Shown here piece by piece: positions 35,261 to 44,834 of a stretch of 63,720 nt of DNA. This DNA is from Candidatus Poseidoniales archaeon (GTDB lineage: Archaea > Thermoplasmatota > Poseidoniia > Poseidoniales > Thalassarchaeaceae). Where the stretch lies: positions 6,296 through 70,015 of the forward strand of contig QQSB01000002.1 of the NCBI GenBank assembly GCA_003602515.1, given 5' to 3'. The notes beneath the pieces are model-generated. The model was not told the DNA's origin and made no database searches. It saw nothing but the letters and a program-made list of their open reading frames with translations. The position numbers and the translations under genes were made by a program. How positions within the stretch are numbered: the stretch's first letter is position 1; every line of letters begins with the position of its first letter.

Positions 35261-36301
35261 GTGGTCGGAGACTCAGGCGATTCGGGAATAATATTGGTTA
35301 CGGGTGCCAGTGGGTATATTGGAAGCCACATCGTAGCAAACCTACTGTCCAAGGGGATGAGTGTTAGGGCCACAGTGAGGGATTCGTCGGATCCTGAAAG
35401 AGTGGAGCACCTCGAATCCTTGTCGGTCTCTGAAGGCGGGAACTTGGAGATTGTAGAGATGGACCTCCTCGAGAACGAATCGGTGCATAACGCCGTATCC
35501 GGTTGCGAGTCAGTGATTCATACGGCAGCGGTCGTAGTGCTGAAATCAAAGAGGGCTCAGGAGAAGATCGTCGACCCCAGTGTGGTGGGAACGAGGAACG
35601 TCCTCGATGCGATTGATTCTACGGACAGCGTGAAGTGCCTTGTTCACACCTCCTCCACCGCTGCAATTAGGCCTAGTTCGTGGGAGGATGGTCAAACACT
35701 GACCACAGAGACTTGGGCGGATGACGCGACAATTGAGGAAAACCCGTACGGCCTAGCGAAGTATAGTGCTGAGATGTTGGTCAGGGACTGGCATTCTTCG
35801 AAGGAGGGTTCGGTTCGGATGGTTACAATCAACCCGTGCGTCGTTCTAGGTCCACCGCTATCTAAGAGACATCTCGATGGTAGTCCATCGTTTCTGATGA
35901 TGCTCCTTAGGCGAGAAATCCCCTTCGTGATTCCCATGCACATCAGCATAGTGGATGTGAGGGACGTAGCCGAGGCTCACGTCAGGGCGCTGACTAAGGG
36001 AGAGGATGCCGGGAGGTATCTAGTCGTCTCTGGTCAGATGTGGTGGAAGGATATCGCCAGGACAATAAATGCAGACAATCCATCATTGAGGGTACCCATG
36101 CGCCAAATCCCGTACTGGCTCTCTCTCATTGTCTCGTTCTTCCATCCAAGGGTGAGCCTGTCGTGGGCGAGGATGCACTTGGGCAAGAGGCTGTTTTGGG
36201 ATGCGTCTCCTGCCAAGAGAGATCTGGGTATGAACTGGAAGGAGCCGAGTGAATCGGTCTTAGACACCATACCCCCAATCCTAGAGAATGGGTGGAAGTA
36301 G
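35261..36301 (+). CDS. NAD(P)-dependent extended SDR (epimerase/dehydratase, aldehyde-reductase-like)
   Basis: ILVTGASGYIGSH and YGLAKYSAE (YxxxK). GTG start 2 nt after the MMPL stop. Confidence 0.75.
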   Translation: MVGDSGDSGIILVTGASGYIGSHIVANLLSKGMSVRATVRDSSDPERVEHLESLSVSEGGNLEIVEMDLLENESVHNAVSGCESVIHTAAVVVLKSKRAQEKIVDPSVVGTRNVLDAIDSTDSVKCLVHTSSTAAIRPSSWEDGQTLTTETWADDATIEENPYGLAKYSAEMLVRDWHSSKEGSVRMVTINPCVVLGPPLSKRHLDGSPSFLMMLLRREIPFVIPMHISIVDVRDVAEAHVRALTKGEDAGRYLVVSGQMWWKDIARTINADNPSLRVPMRQIPYWLSLIVSFFHPRVSLSWARMHLGKRLFWDASPAKRDLGMNWKEPSESVLDTIPPILENGWK

Positions 36302-36308
36302 GTGGGCT

Positions 36309-38765
36309 CTATTGGTCGTACATCTCAGACTCTAAGGCCTCGTCCTCGTACCTGCCGGATTCTTTCATCCACAGGAAAAGTCCAACGAATGATGCCAGTA
36401 GGAAAATGGTGACCCCGAATGCCACTACTGGAATAATGACCGACTTGGCCTTCGCGGATATTGCCGAGTTCTCCTCGTAGGCTGGAATCATACTCTCGTC
36501 GTAGACCGGCCTGACCATCAAGAGGTCGAAGGAGGAGTCCGGGTCATACAGGTCAGATGGCTGTGCTGGATCTAGGTCGGAGTACCCGTCATACCTCAGA
36601 GGTACCTCTACTGTCTGCTGCTTGGATACATCCAGCGTGAGTAGAACATCGAATGTGTAGGGGACCCGGGGCTCCATGAACTCGGACCCGGAGAGTATCC
36701 CAGTGACCGGTAGAGAGACAGCAGTCCCTGTGACGTCGAACTCGGCCCACTCCCCCCAGTGCTCTGGTTCTACTTCCAGGACGATGTGGATAGTGTCACC
36801 GACGACCGTTCCCTGGCCCTGGGCATCGTCATCGCCATCGGAGCCGAGATCGACGTTCGGCCTAATTTGCGCGACTTGGGCCGTGTTAGAATCCCAATCT
36901 AGCGAGCTGAAGGCGATCTGCATCTCATAGGTTCCATTCGGCACCCAGACATAGTGCCTGTCCTCGGTCGCATAGGTTCCGAAGGTGCTTGTCGGGCCGT
37001 TGTTGAAATGGCTCCACTCGCCCTTCCATGCGTGTCTGAGTTGGTCTGTCTTCAGCGGTAATTCACGTGTGTCCATTATTTTCTCATAGTGATCGTATGC
37101 ATCCCACACCGTGACCTGTGGGAAGTCCAGGAAACCGTCTTCGTTCGGATCCCTCATCACTTGCAGTGTCCGAGAAAGTGCCAATGCTCTATCGGTATCG
37201 ACCAAGCCATGGCCGACCCTCCAGTCATGGCATCTTTCTGTCTGCTCCGAGACGTAGCAGTCATCAGGAATATCATTGCAGGGATCATCGTCATTGCCCT
37301 CCTCGCAGGAGTTGCGGAGAGTCTCGTAGTGAGAGGTCAGTTCCAAGATCAACTCTATCTCGTGCACTCTCGATTCGTTCCTATCCTCCCAGTCATCGAA
37401 TTGGATCCCTTTCGCAGTGTCGTTGAAATACAGGCTTTCCAGGTGGTCGTGATCTTCGGTTTGGTAGTCTGCAACCCCAAGAGATGGTGCCGCTGCTAGC
37501 AGTAGAGTCGCTATTCCCCCTATGTGCGGCGTGGCCATGCTCGTTCCAGAGATGGCCATGTAGTACAAATCGCCCTGGGTCCTTGTCGAAGCGTCAATTG
37601 CCGTCGCCCGGGGTGCTGTTGCCCAAATGTTCCTGCCAGGTGCACCGATATCCGGCCAAGTGTGCTGTTGCGTCATCCACCCTCTGCTGGAGAAAGAGGT
37701 CACGGCGTTCCCTTCATGCACCAACGCGGCAACCGAGATTGCAGATGGGGTGTTGGCGTACACGTTTGTCCTGAGATCGTCCTCAGACTCCCCCCCACTA
37801 CCGCCGCTGTTGGAGGCTGCGAAAATTACGGCTACATTGTTGTCGTAGGTGAGCATGTCAGTCAGTAATGTGACAGCATTGGAAGGGTTGTAATCCCCGT
37901 TGGTGCCCCAAGAGTTGGAGACTACTCGAATATTGTACTGGTTTAGCCCTGGCCTGCTGTGCTCGTATGTCCACTCCAGTCCCTGCACAGCGGCGAAAAT
38001 GGAAGCGCCGTCGCCCGTACCCAAGGCTACTATGGTTGCTCCCTTCGCAGTGCCGAGTCTCCTGCCCCCGGAAGCGTCGCCGTTTCCTGCGATTGTCCCT
38101 CCGACGTGAGTGCCGTGGCCGCTGGATGTGTCCGAGTTACAGTTGGGAGCGTCGACCCAAGCTAATCCAGTCCACTTTGCCGACCAGATTAGCTTCTCAC
38201 CCGTCCAAGGCTCTCCGCAATCGAAGTCTGGATGCTCTCCATCTACCCCTGTATCCAGATCCACCGCTGTAGCGCCCTTTCCATCGTACTCCGAGAATGA
38301 AAGGTCGCTCTCGGTCTTGACCACCCCGTCTGTTCCGATTATCGCTCTATGCCAAGCCAAGCTGGCATTGACCCACCTGACCGTCTCGTGCATCATTGAT
38401 TCGTAGTCGTCCTGATCCCCGGGAAGATAGAAGTGCTCTATGGGGACGTTTGCCTCGATGTGGCTCACGAATGATCTTGTGGAAAGCTCCGCTATTTCCT
38501 CGCCGCTACCTGTAATCAGGCCACCATGTAGAATGCTCATCTTCGAGATTACTTCAATTCCAATAGATTCTACTCTCTCCCAGGTATAGTCACCTGGTGA
38601 ATTGTGGAATTGTACTATTGCCTCTATGTTCTCTTCCGAGTCCAGCACGGATAGTAGTTCTGAACTCATCTTCGAGGTGTTGATTGTCTGTGACTGTTCT
38701 ATCACTCCAATCGATCCTGGGGCGCTGATAATCAACACCACCAGCAGTAATGGGACGTATCTCAC
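36309..38765 (-). CDS. subtilisin-like (S8) serine protease, secreted, C-terminal TM anchor
   Basis: Catalytic triad contexts VDLDTGVDGEHPDF, SGHGTHVGGTIAG and SGTSMATPHIGG. Signal peptide MRYVPLLLVVLIISAPGS. C-terminal TM helix. Confidence 0.85.
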   Translation of the reverse strand: MRYVPLLLVVLIISAPGSIGVIEQSQTINTSKMSSELLSVLDSEENIEAIVQFHNSPGDYTWERVESIGIEVISKMSILHGGLITGSGEEIAELSTRSFVSHIEANVPIEHFYLPGDQDDYESMMHETVRWVNASLAWHRAIIGTDGVVKTESDLSFSEYDGKGATAVDLDTGVDGEHPDFDCGEPWTGEKLIWSAKWTGLAWVDAPNCNSDTSSGHGTHVGGTIAGNGDASGGRRLGTAKGATIVALGTGDGASIFAAVQGLEWTYEHSRPGLNQYNIRVVSNSWGTNGDYNPSNAVTLLTDMLTYDNNVAVIFAASNSGGSGGESEDDLRTNVYANTPSAISVAALVHEGNAVTSFSSRGWMTQQHTWPDIGAPGRNIWATAPRATAIDASTRTQGDLYYMAISGTSMATPHIGGIATLLLAAAPSLGVADYQTEDHDHLESLYFNDTAKGIQFDDWEDRNESRVHEIELILELTSHYETLRNSCEEGNDDDPCNDIPDDCYVSEQTERCHDWRVGHGLVDTDRALALSRTLQVMRDPNEDGFLDFPQVTVWDAYDHYEKIMDTRELPLKTDQLRHAWKGEWSHFNNGPTSTFGTYATEDRHYVWVPNGTYEMQIAFSSLDWDSNTAQVAQIRPNVDLGSDGDDDAQGQGTVVGDTIHIVLEVEPEHWGEWAEFDVTGTAVSLPVTGILSGSEFMEPRVPYTFDVLLTLDVSKQQTVEVPLRYDGYSDLDPAQPSDLYDPDSSFDLLMVRPVYDESMIPAYEENSAISAKAKSVIIPVVAFGVTIFLLASFVGLFLWMKESGRYEDEALESEMYDQ

Positions 38766-38898
38766 AATTCTCCGCTCACGTGATGTAATTTCAACAAAAC
38801 CCTTTGTCGGATCTAATTTGTTTGGTCATCGGGTTCATAGATACCGATTCCAACGATAATCCGTTCAACTGATGTAGGGATGGCTCGGCCGCTACATC

Positions 38899-40344
38899 AT
38901 GAGAGTCGTCGCACTCAGTATTGTTTCCCTACTGATACTAACTTCAGTGAGCGGGTGCTTCGGCGAGGACAAAGAGGTCATTGAGGAGCTAGATTTGTTC
39001 GATACACTCTGCTCGGAACAGGGCGGCTCGATAAGCAACACTACATGGTACCATTTCGCTAACGCGACGGATGCAACGCTAAACCCAGAAGTCGGCAATC
39101 TGACAGACGGTAACGCTCCAGTATGTGCGATTGGAACATACTATGGGATAGGTTTCTCTACCTTTGAGCCTACTATCGGAATTACATCACAGGACAACCT
39201 GTACATGAGCAGCTGGGGCAATGGAGTTGCTGGTTCTACGGCGATTGTGCAGTGCAGTGGCCTAATTGGAATGACCAATATTTCGGAATACACGTGCCAA
39301 GACGTGTACAGTGCACTGTTACCAGTACCCAACAGTAATGATCCGTACGTGTACGTCGATCCATGGACTGATCGTATCATGAAGTTCGACATGCATGCGC
39401 TTCTCGGCATGACTGTCGAATGGTCTGACAACGAGGGCGGGTCATGGATAGGTCCGACCCCTGCAACGGGTTGGTCGGTTCAAGATCACCAGACGATCGC
39501 TTCCTCACCCTACAACGCTCTTTTCCACGAAACCACTTGGGTGTTCTGCGTGAACGGGAACTATCCATACCCCGTTTGCTCGACCAGCAATGACGGGGGG
39601 GCGACATGGGGTCCGGAGGTTCCGGGTGCACCGACCGACTGCAATAGCGGAGGTTTGACCGGTCACATGGTTGGTTCAAACAATGGGAACTTCTACCGGG
39701 GGAATCCCGGTTGTAACGGAGAAGGATACTCGATTTACAAGAGCACCAATGGAGGCCTCACCTGGTCCGAGCACCCACTTCCGACCGAAACCACCGGAAC
39801 TGCACAGACTTGGAACTTCGAGGAGGCCCAAGTTTACCCCGATGAGGATGACAACGTCCATGTGATGTGGATAGGTTCTGACAACATGCCATACTACAGC
39901 TATTCAACAGACGAAGGGGGCAGTTGGAGCGCCCCACTAATGATCGCCCCCCCTGCTGGGTTGAATGGAACAGGCTTCCCGGCGATTGCTGCCGGAGACT
40001 CAGGCATGGTGGCATTCGCGTACATCGGAGATTCGGGCGGAGACAATTGGAATGGGTACATCGGGATGATTACTGATGCATTCAGCCCAATGCCACTAAT
40101 CACGACGGTGCAGGTCAACGAGGTGGGAGACCCATTGGATACTACAGAAGACTGCGGATACAACAGATGCGGGGGCTTCGGGGACTTCATCGACATACTA
40201 GTCGATAGTCACGGTCGTCCGTGGTTCGGTCTCTCTCACAACATAGTCGACCAAGGGATATACGGGACTATTTCCGTGGGGCCTTCCCTACGAGCTGGTA
40301 TGTCTGTACAGGAAATGCCAATAGGCGGTCCCAGCACCCTATGA
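38899..40344 (+). CDS. secreted lipoprotein with BNR/Asp-box repeats (beta-propeller)
   Basis: Lipobox-like LTSVSGC. Asp-boxes SDNEGGSW, SNDGGATW, STNGGLTW and STDEGGSW. No FRIP sialidase motif seen. Confidence 0.7.
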   Translation: MRVVALSIVSLLILTSVSGCFGEDKEVIEELDLFDTLCSEQGGSISNTTWYHFANATDATLNPEVGNLTDGNAPVCAIGTYYGIGFSTFEPTIGITSQDNLYMSSWGNGVAGSTAIVQCSGLIGMTNISEYTCQDVYSALLPVPNSNDPYVYVDPWTDRIMKFDMHALLGMTVEWSDNEGGSWIGPTPATGWSVQDHQTIASSPYNALFHETTWVFCVNGNYPYPVCSTSNDGGATWGPEVPGAPTDCNSGGLTGHMVGSNNGNFYRGNPGCNGEGYSIYKSTNGGLTWSEHPLPTETTGTAQTWNFEEAQVYPDEDDNVHVMWIGSDNMPYYSYSTDEGGSWSAPLMIAPPAGLNGTGFPAIAAGDSGMVAFAYIGDSGGDNWNGYIGMITDAFSPMPLITTVQVNEVGDPLDTTEDCGYNRCGGFGDFIDILVDSHGRPWFGLSHNIVDQGIYGTISVGPSLRAGMSVQEMPIGGPSTL

Positions 40345-40351
40345 CTCGCAC

Positions 40352-40990
40352 TCAGAATATCTCTGGTACGAGTCCGTATGCCTGGTAAGCAAATCCTGCG
40401 GCGAACGCGAACATCCCGAACCCGCATACCCCGAGGGCGATGCGATAGCCCCTGGGCGAGAGTCTCCCCCTAGTTCGATCGAAGAAGTAAGCGATGGTGA
40501 CCTTCACGATGATGATGGAGATGAGGAATGAGAGAGCATAGGCGACCGGTGCGAGCGGCTCCTCGTCTGCCGCGGCGGCCATCAACGGCCCACCGATGAG
40601 GAACCAGAAGACGTAGACGTTCGGGTTCAGCAGATTGGTCATCACCCCTCTTCTAAATGATCCTGTGACCTCCACCTGTGCAATCTCCGAGTCAGGTGGT
40701 TCTATCCTAAAGCAGTCTATTCCAAACCAAACCAAAAAGCCAGCTCCGAGTAGTGATATCAGGAACAGGATAGAGGGCTGTTCTGCAACCCATCCCGATA
40801 GGAAGACGCTGACGATGATGAGCGGTCCATCTGTGAATATCGGTGCGGATGCGGCTCTTGCCCCTGCTGACCAGCCTCCCGTGAGCGTCTCGCGGATCAC
40901 CATTGTGAGCAGTGGTCCGGGACGGATTCCCTCGAAGAGCCCTAGGGCGACTCCTGCGGCGGCGAGAGCCAGTATGAGGTCGGTCTGCAT
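40352..40990 (-). CDS. LysE/RhtB family exporter (second copy)
   Basis: IRPGPLL near the N-terminus, 6 TM helices, 212 aa. Confidence 0.7.
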   Translation of the reverse strand: MQTDLILALAAAGVALGLFEGIRPGPLLTMVIRETLTGGWSAGARAASAPIFTDGPLIIVSVFLSGWVAEQPSILFLISLLGAGFLVWFGIDCFRIEPPDSEIAQVEVTGSFRRGVMTNLLNPNVYVFWFLIGGPLMAAAADEEPLAPVAYALSFLISIIIVKVTIAYFFDRTRGRLSPRGYRIALGVCGFGMFAFAAGFAYQAYGLVPEIF

Positions 40991-40993
40991 CTT

Positions 40994-41758
40994 CTAGCGC
41001 CTCGATGCTAAGGCTACCTTAGCCAGCAGTTCCAGAACCTCAAGGTAGAGCCAAATCAGAGTAATCATGAGTCCGAATGCGGCCCTCCACTCCAACTGCT
41101 TCGGGGCCCCTCTCTCGACTCCCTTCTCGATGAAGTCGAAGTCTGCAACCAGGCAAAGTGCCCCTATACCGATAACGAAAAGCGAGAAGCCTATTCCAAT
41201 TGGTCCGGAACCGTGTATGTACGGGACGTGGAACCAACCGGTTACCGCACCCAAGAAAGAGAATACGTAGATCATGATGATTGCGAAAAGGGCGGATCCC
41301 ACGGCGATTGCCAGGTTCCTATCCCAACTGATGAGTCCGGCACGATATATTGCGAGCATGCCACCCAGTATCATGAATGTCAGTATGGCAGCGACTATTC
41401 CGATTCCGGGAAGTTGCAGGCCCACCTCGACATACCACGTGAGTCCTCCGATGACCAGCCCCTCTAGCGCTGCATAGGCACATATTAGGGCAGGGTTCTT
41501 GGAACCTGAAAAGATGATTACCATCGCCAAAATGAATCCACCAATTCCACCCAATACGATCAATGGAGATGATTCCGGCATGGAGAATGCGGTTGCTAGG
41601 GCCGTGGTTGCGGTGATGAGGAGGAGGAGTCCCGTCTTCTCTGCCACTCCCTCAATTGTCATCATGTTAGACTCGTAGTCTTCCCACCACGGTGCGCCCT
41701 TGTATGCGGACTTCTCGAAGGTTGAGTCGTTCAATGCTGGGTTACGCGATCTGTACAT
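40994..41758 (-). CDS. Bax-inhibitor-1/YccA-like membrane protein
   Basis: N-terminal SRNPALN motif followed by about 7 TM helices. Confidence 0.55.
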   Translation of the reverse strand: MYRSRNPALNDSTFEKSAYKGAPWWEDYESNMMTIEGVAEKTGLLLLITATTALATAFSMPESSPLIVLGGIGGFILAMVIIFSGSKNPALICAYAALEGLVIGGLTWYVEVGLQLPGIGIVAAILTFMILGGMLAIYRAGLISWDRNLAIAVGSALFAIIMIYVFSFLGAVTGWFHVPYIHGSGPIGIGFSLFVIGIGALCLVADFDFIEKGVERGAPKQLEWRAAFGLMITLIWLYLEVLELLAKVALASRR

Positions 41759-41804
41759 AGTATTGCGTTGGTGTGGTCCTTCTCAAGGGTTGGCATGTAG
41801 TCAG

Positions 41805-44783
41805 CTAGAACATCTCAATCAGATGCTGTCCCGTGTAGCTGCCGGGCTCCTTGGCGACTTCTTCAGGAGGGCCAGTTGCTACTACTTCTCCGCCAAGCTC
41901 GCCACCCTCCGGGCCGAGGTCGATTACCCAGTCTGCACACTTGATGACATCCAAGTGGTGCTCTATGACAATCACAGTGTGACCGTTACGACGTAGTCTG
42001 AGGAGGACCTCTATCAGCTGATGTACGTCGGATAGGGCTAGGCCAGTAGTCGGTTCGTCGAGGATGTAGAAGGTATGCTTTCTGGGAGTCTTATGGAGTT
42101 CTGTGGAAAGTTTGACTCTCTGCGCTTCGCCGCCAGAGAGAGTGGTAGCTGGCTGTCCTAGTCGAATGTAGCCTAGGCCGACGTCGCGGACTGTCTGGAC
42201 GATCTTGTGGATTCTTGGTTGGTTCTCGAAGAACTCGCAGGCTTCGTCCACACTCATCTCCAGTATGTCGTGAATTGTCTTGCCTCTCCACTTGACCTCG
42301 AGCGTCTCTCGGGTGTATCTCTTCCCTTTGCAGACATCGCAAGTCACCCAAACATCTGGTAGGAAATTCATCTCCAGTTTTGTCGAGCCGGCTCCGCTGC
42401 ATGCCTCGCATCTGCCCCCTCTTACATTGAACGAGAACTGACCGGGTTCGTACCCCCTCTCCTTAGACATCTTCGTCTGTGAGAATAGTTCCCTTATCGG
42501 GCCAAAGGCACCCGTGTAGGTTGCAGGGTTGGATCTCGGCGTTCGTCCTATCGGGGACTGGTTGATCACGATGGCCTTGTCCACCATTTCCAAACCTGAA
42601 ATGGAGTCCACCGCCCCTGGTGTTGCGTCAGCCCCATGGAGTTCCCTCAGGAGCGCAGGAGCGAGGGTCTCCGTGACCAATGATGACTTGCCTGAGCCGG
42701 ACACCCCCGTTACCGCCACCATACAACCCATCGGGATTTCTACCTCGATGTCCTGGAGATTGTTCTGCCTAGCGCCCGAGATTGTGACCCATTTGTCCTT
42801 TGTGGGCTCGACCCTGTCATCTGGGATTGGGATGCTTTGTCTTCCCGATAGGTACGCGCCAGTCAGGCTTTCATCATTGGCGAGGAGTTCATCGTAGGTT
42901 CCGTTGACGATCAGCCTACCTCCGTCCTTGCCGGCTCCGGGACCTAGATCTACGAGCCAGTCTGCCTGCTTCATGGTGGCCTCGTCATGCTCAACGACTA
43001 GGAGAGTGTTGCCTAGTTCCGTTAGTTCCCTCAGCGTCTCTAGTAGTCGATCGTTATCTCGAGGGTGGAGTCCGATGCTGGGTTCGTCTAGGACGTACAT
43101 GACGCCAGTTAGGCGGGTCCCAATCTGGGTCGCCAGGCGGATCCTCTGACTCTCTCCTCCCGAGAGGGTATTGGCTCTCCTGTCCAACGTCAGATAGTCC
43201 AGGCCAACCAAGGCTAGGAAGCGGAGCCTAGATTCTATCTCTTTGATTATCTCCTTCCCGATATACATCGACCTTTCATCCAACTTTTCAGTAGCATCTA
43301 ATGTGATGCTGGTGGGGGCTTCCCGTTCCAGCTTCTCCCATGTGCTATCCAAACCACCAAGCCTCCAATTTTGCACCACTGCGAGAGCCTCAAGAACGCT
43401 GCACTTCGATATACCAGGTAGGTTTATTCCTCCCACTGTGACCTTGCATACGGCATCATTGAGTTTGTCACCGAGACAGTTTGTGCATGGCTTGTCGGTC
43501 ATGAAAGAGGAGAGTCGGGATCTGGTTCGCTCCGAGCTCGTGTCCTTGTATGTGCGAGCGAGCCTTGAGAAAACCCCCTCCCATGGTCTGGACATCGTAT
43601 AGGAAGACCCCTTCTCCGAGTTGAATTCGAAGTCAATTGATTCTCCGCCTGATCCGTTTAGCATGATATCCCTGCTATCATCGTCCAGTTCCCCGAAGGG
43701 TACGTCTGTGGGTATGCCGAAGTGTTCGCATGTCTGAGTCATCTGACTGCGGTACCAACCGGACATCATGGATCGTCGGAATGGCCTGATGCACCCTTCT
43801 CCAACAGTCGCGTTTCTATCGATAACCAGCTCATGGGAGAATGACCTCTCGACCCCAAGGCCCTGGCAAGTGGGGCATGCTCCCAGTGGGTTGTTGAAAG
43901 AGAAGACTCGTGGACTCATTTCAGGTAGAAATGATCCGTGAGTGGGGCAGGCAAACTCCTCCGAGTAGGCGATAGTCTCTCCCTCCTCGGTTCTGAATCT
44001 CTGCTCATCCGAGTTGTCAGCCCCTGGTTTGGGAGCGCTGAGGCTCTCCACAGCGACTGACCCTGCTCCAAGTCTCAGGCCTGACTCTATTGCTTCAGTC
44101 AGCCTCTGCCTGTTGGTTGGAGTCAACAGCATCCTGTCGATTCTTACGTCGATATCGTGCCTCAGGTTCTTCTCCAGCCGAGGAGGATCCTCGAAACTCG
44201 CCTCCCTTCCGTTTACCTTACCCGCTAGGTAGCCTTGGTCTACCAATGCGGTAAATAGGTCTGCGTGAGTACCCTTCCTATTCCTTATCGTAGGGCTCCA
44301 GATTGCGATTCCGTGGCCTTCGAAGCGCCATAGGACGTCGTCGACTATCTCCTGCACGGTCCTCTTACTAACCTCACGACCGCATTCGGGACAGTGGGGA
44401 ATGCCCACTCTCGCCCATAGCAGGCGCATGTAGTCCATCATCTCAGTAACCGTGGCTACAGTTGAACGAGGATTGTGGCTACCCTGCTTCTGATCGATAC
44501 TGATGGCGGGAGATAGCCCCTCGATCGAGTCACAATCGGGCTTTTTCATCTGTCCGAGGAACTGTCTTGCATAGGAACTGAGGCTCTCCACGTACCTCCT
44601 CTGTCCCTCTGCATATAGTGTGTCGAATGCGAGGCTTGACTTTCCAGATCCAGACACTCCTGAGATCACTACGAACATCCCCCTTGGGATGCTGACGTCG
44701 ATGTCCTTGAGATTGTGAGTTCGAGCTCCCTTTACTTCTATCCAACCATCCTTGGAGAAGCCATTCTTCTTCTTATCAGACAT
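41805..44783 (-). CDS. uvrA: excinuclease ABC subunit A
   Basis: ARTHNLK, two Walker A sites GVSGSGKSSL, LSGGE signatures and zinc-finger cysteines. ATG at 44783 (MSDKKK) is preferred. Confidence 0.95.
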   Translation of the reverse strand: MSDKKKNGFSKDGWIEVKGARTHNLKDIDVSIPRGMFVVISGVSGSGKSSLAFDTLYAEGQRRYVESLSSYARQFLGQMKKPDCDSIEGLSPAISIDQKQGSHNPRSTVATVTEMMDYMRLLWARVGIPHCPECGREVSKRTVQEIVDDVLWRFEGHGIAIWSPTIRNRKGTHADLFTALVDQGYLAGKVNGREASFEDPPRLEKNLRHDIDVRIDRMLLTPTNRQRLTEAIESGLRLGAGSVAVESLSAPKPGADNSDEQRFRTEEGETIAYSEEFACPTHGSFLPEMSPRVFSFNNPLGACPTCQGLGVERSFSHELVIDRNATVGEGCIRPFRRSMMSGWYRSQMTQTCEHFGIPTDVPFGELDDDSRDIMLNGSGGESIDFEFNSEKGSSYTMSRPWEGVFSRLARTYKDTSSERTRSRLSSFMTDKPCTNCLGDKLNDAVCKVTVGGINLPGISKCSVLEALAVVQNWRLGGLDSTWEKLEREAPTSITLDATEKLDERSMYIGKEIIKEIESRLRFLALVGLDYLTLDRRANTLSGGESQRIRLATQIGTRLTGVMYVLDEPSIGLHPRDNDRLLETLRELTELGNTLLVVEHDEATMKQADWLVDLGPGAGKDGGRLIVNGTYDELLANDESLTGAYLSGRQSIPIPDDRVEPTKDKWVTISGARQNNLQDIEVEIPMGCMVAVTGVSGSGKSSLVTETLAPALLRELHGADATPGAVDSISGLEMVDKAIVINQSPIGRTPRSNPATYTGAFGPIRELFSQTKMSKERGYEPGQFSFNVRGGRCEACSGAGSTKLEMNFLPDVWVTCDVCKGKRYTRETLEVKWRGKTIHDILEMSVDEACEFFENQPRIHKIVQTVRDVGLGYIRLGQPATTLSGGEAQRVKLSTELHKTPRKHTFYILDEPTTGLALSDVHQLIEVLLRLRRNGHTVIVIEHHLDVIKCADWVIDLGPEGGELGGEVVATGPPEEVAKEPGSYTGQHLIEMF

Positions 44784-44834
44784 CGCATCACCTCGGACAG
44801 AGTAAGTAGTCACAGCGTGCTCCTTTCAATCCAT

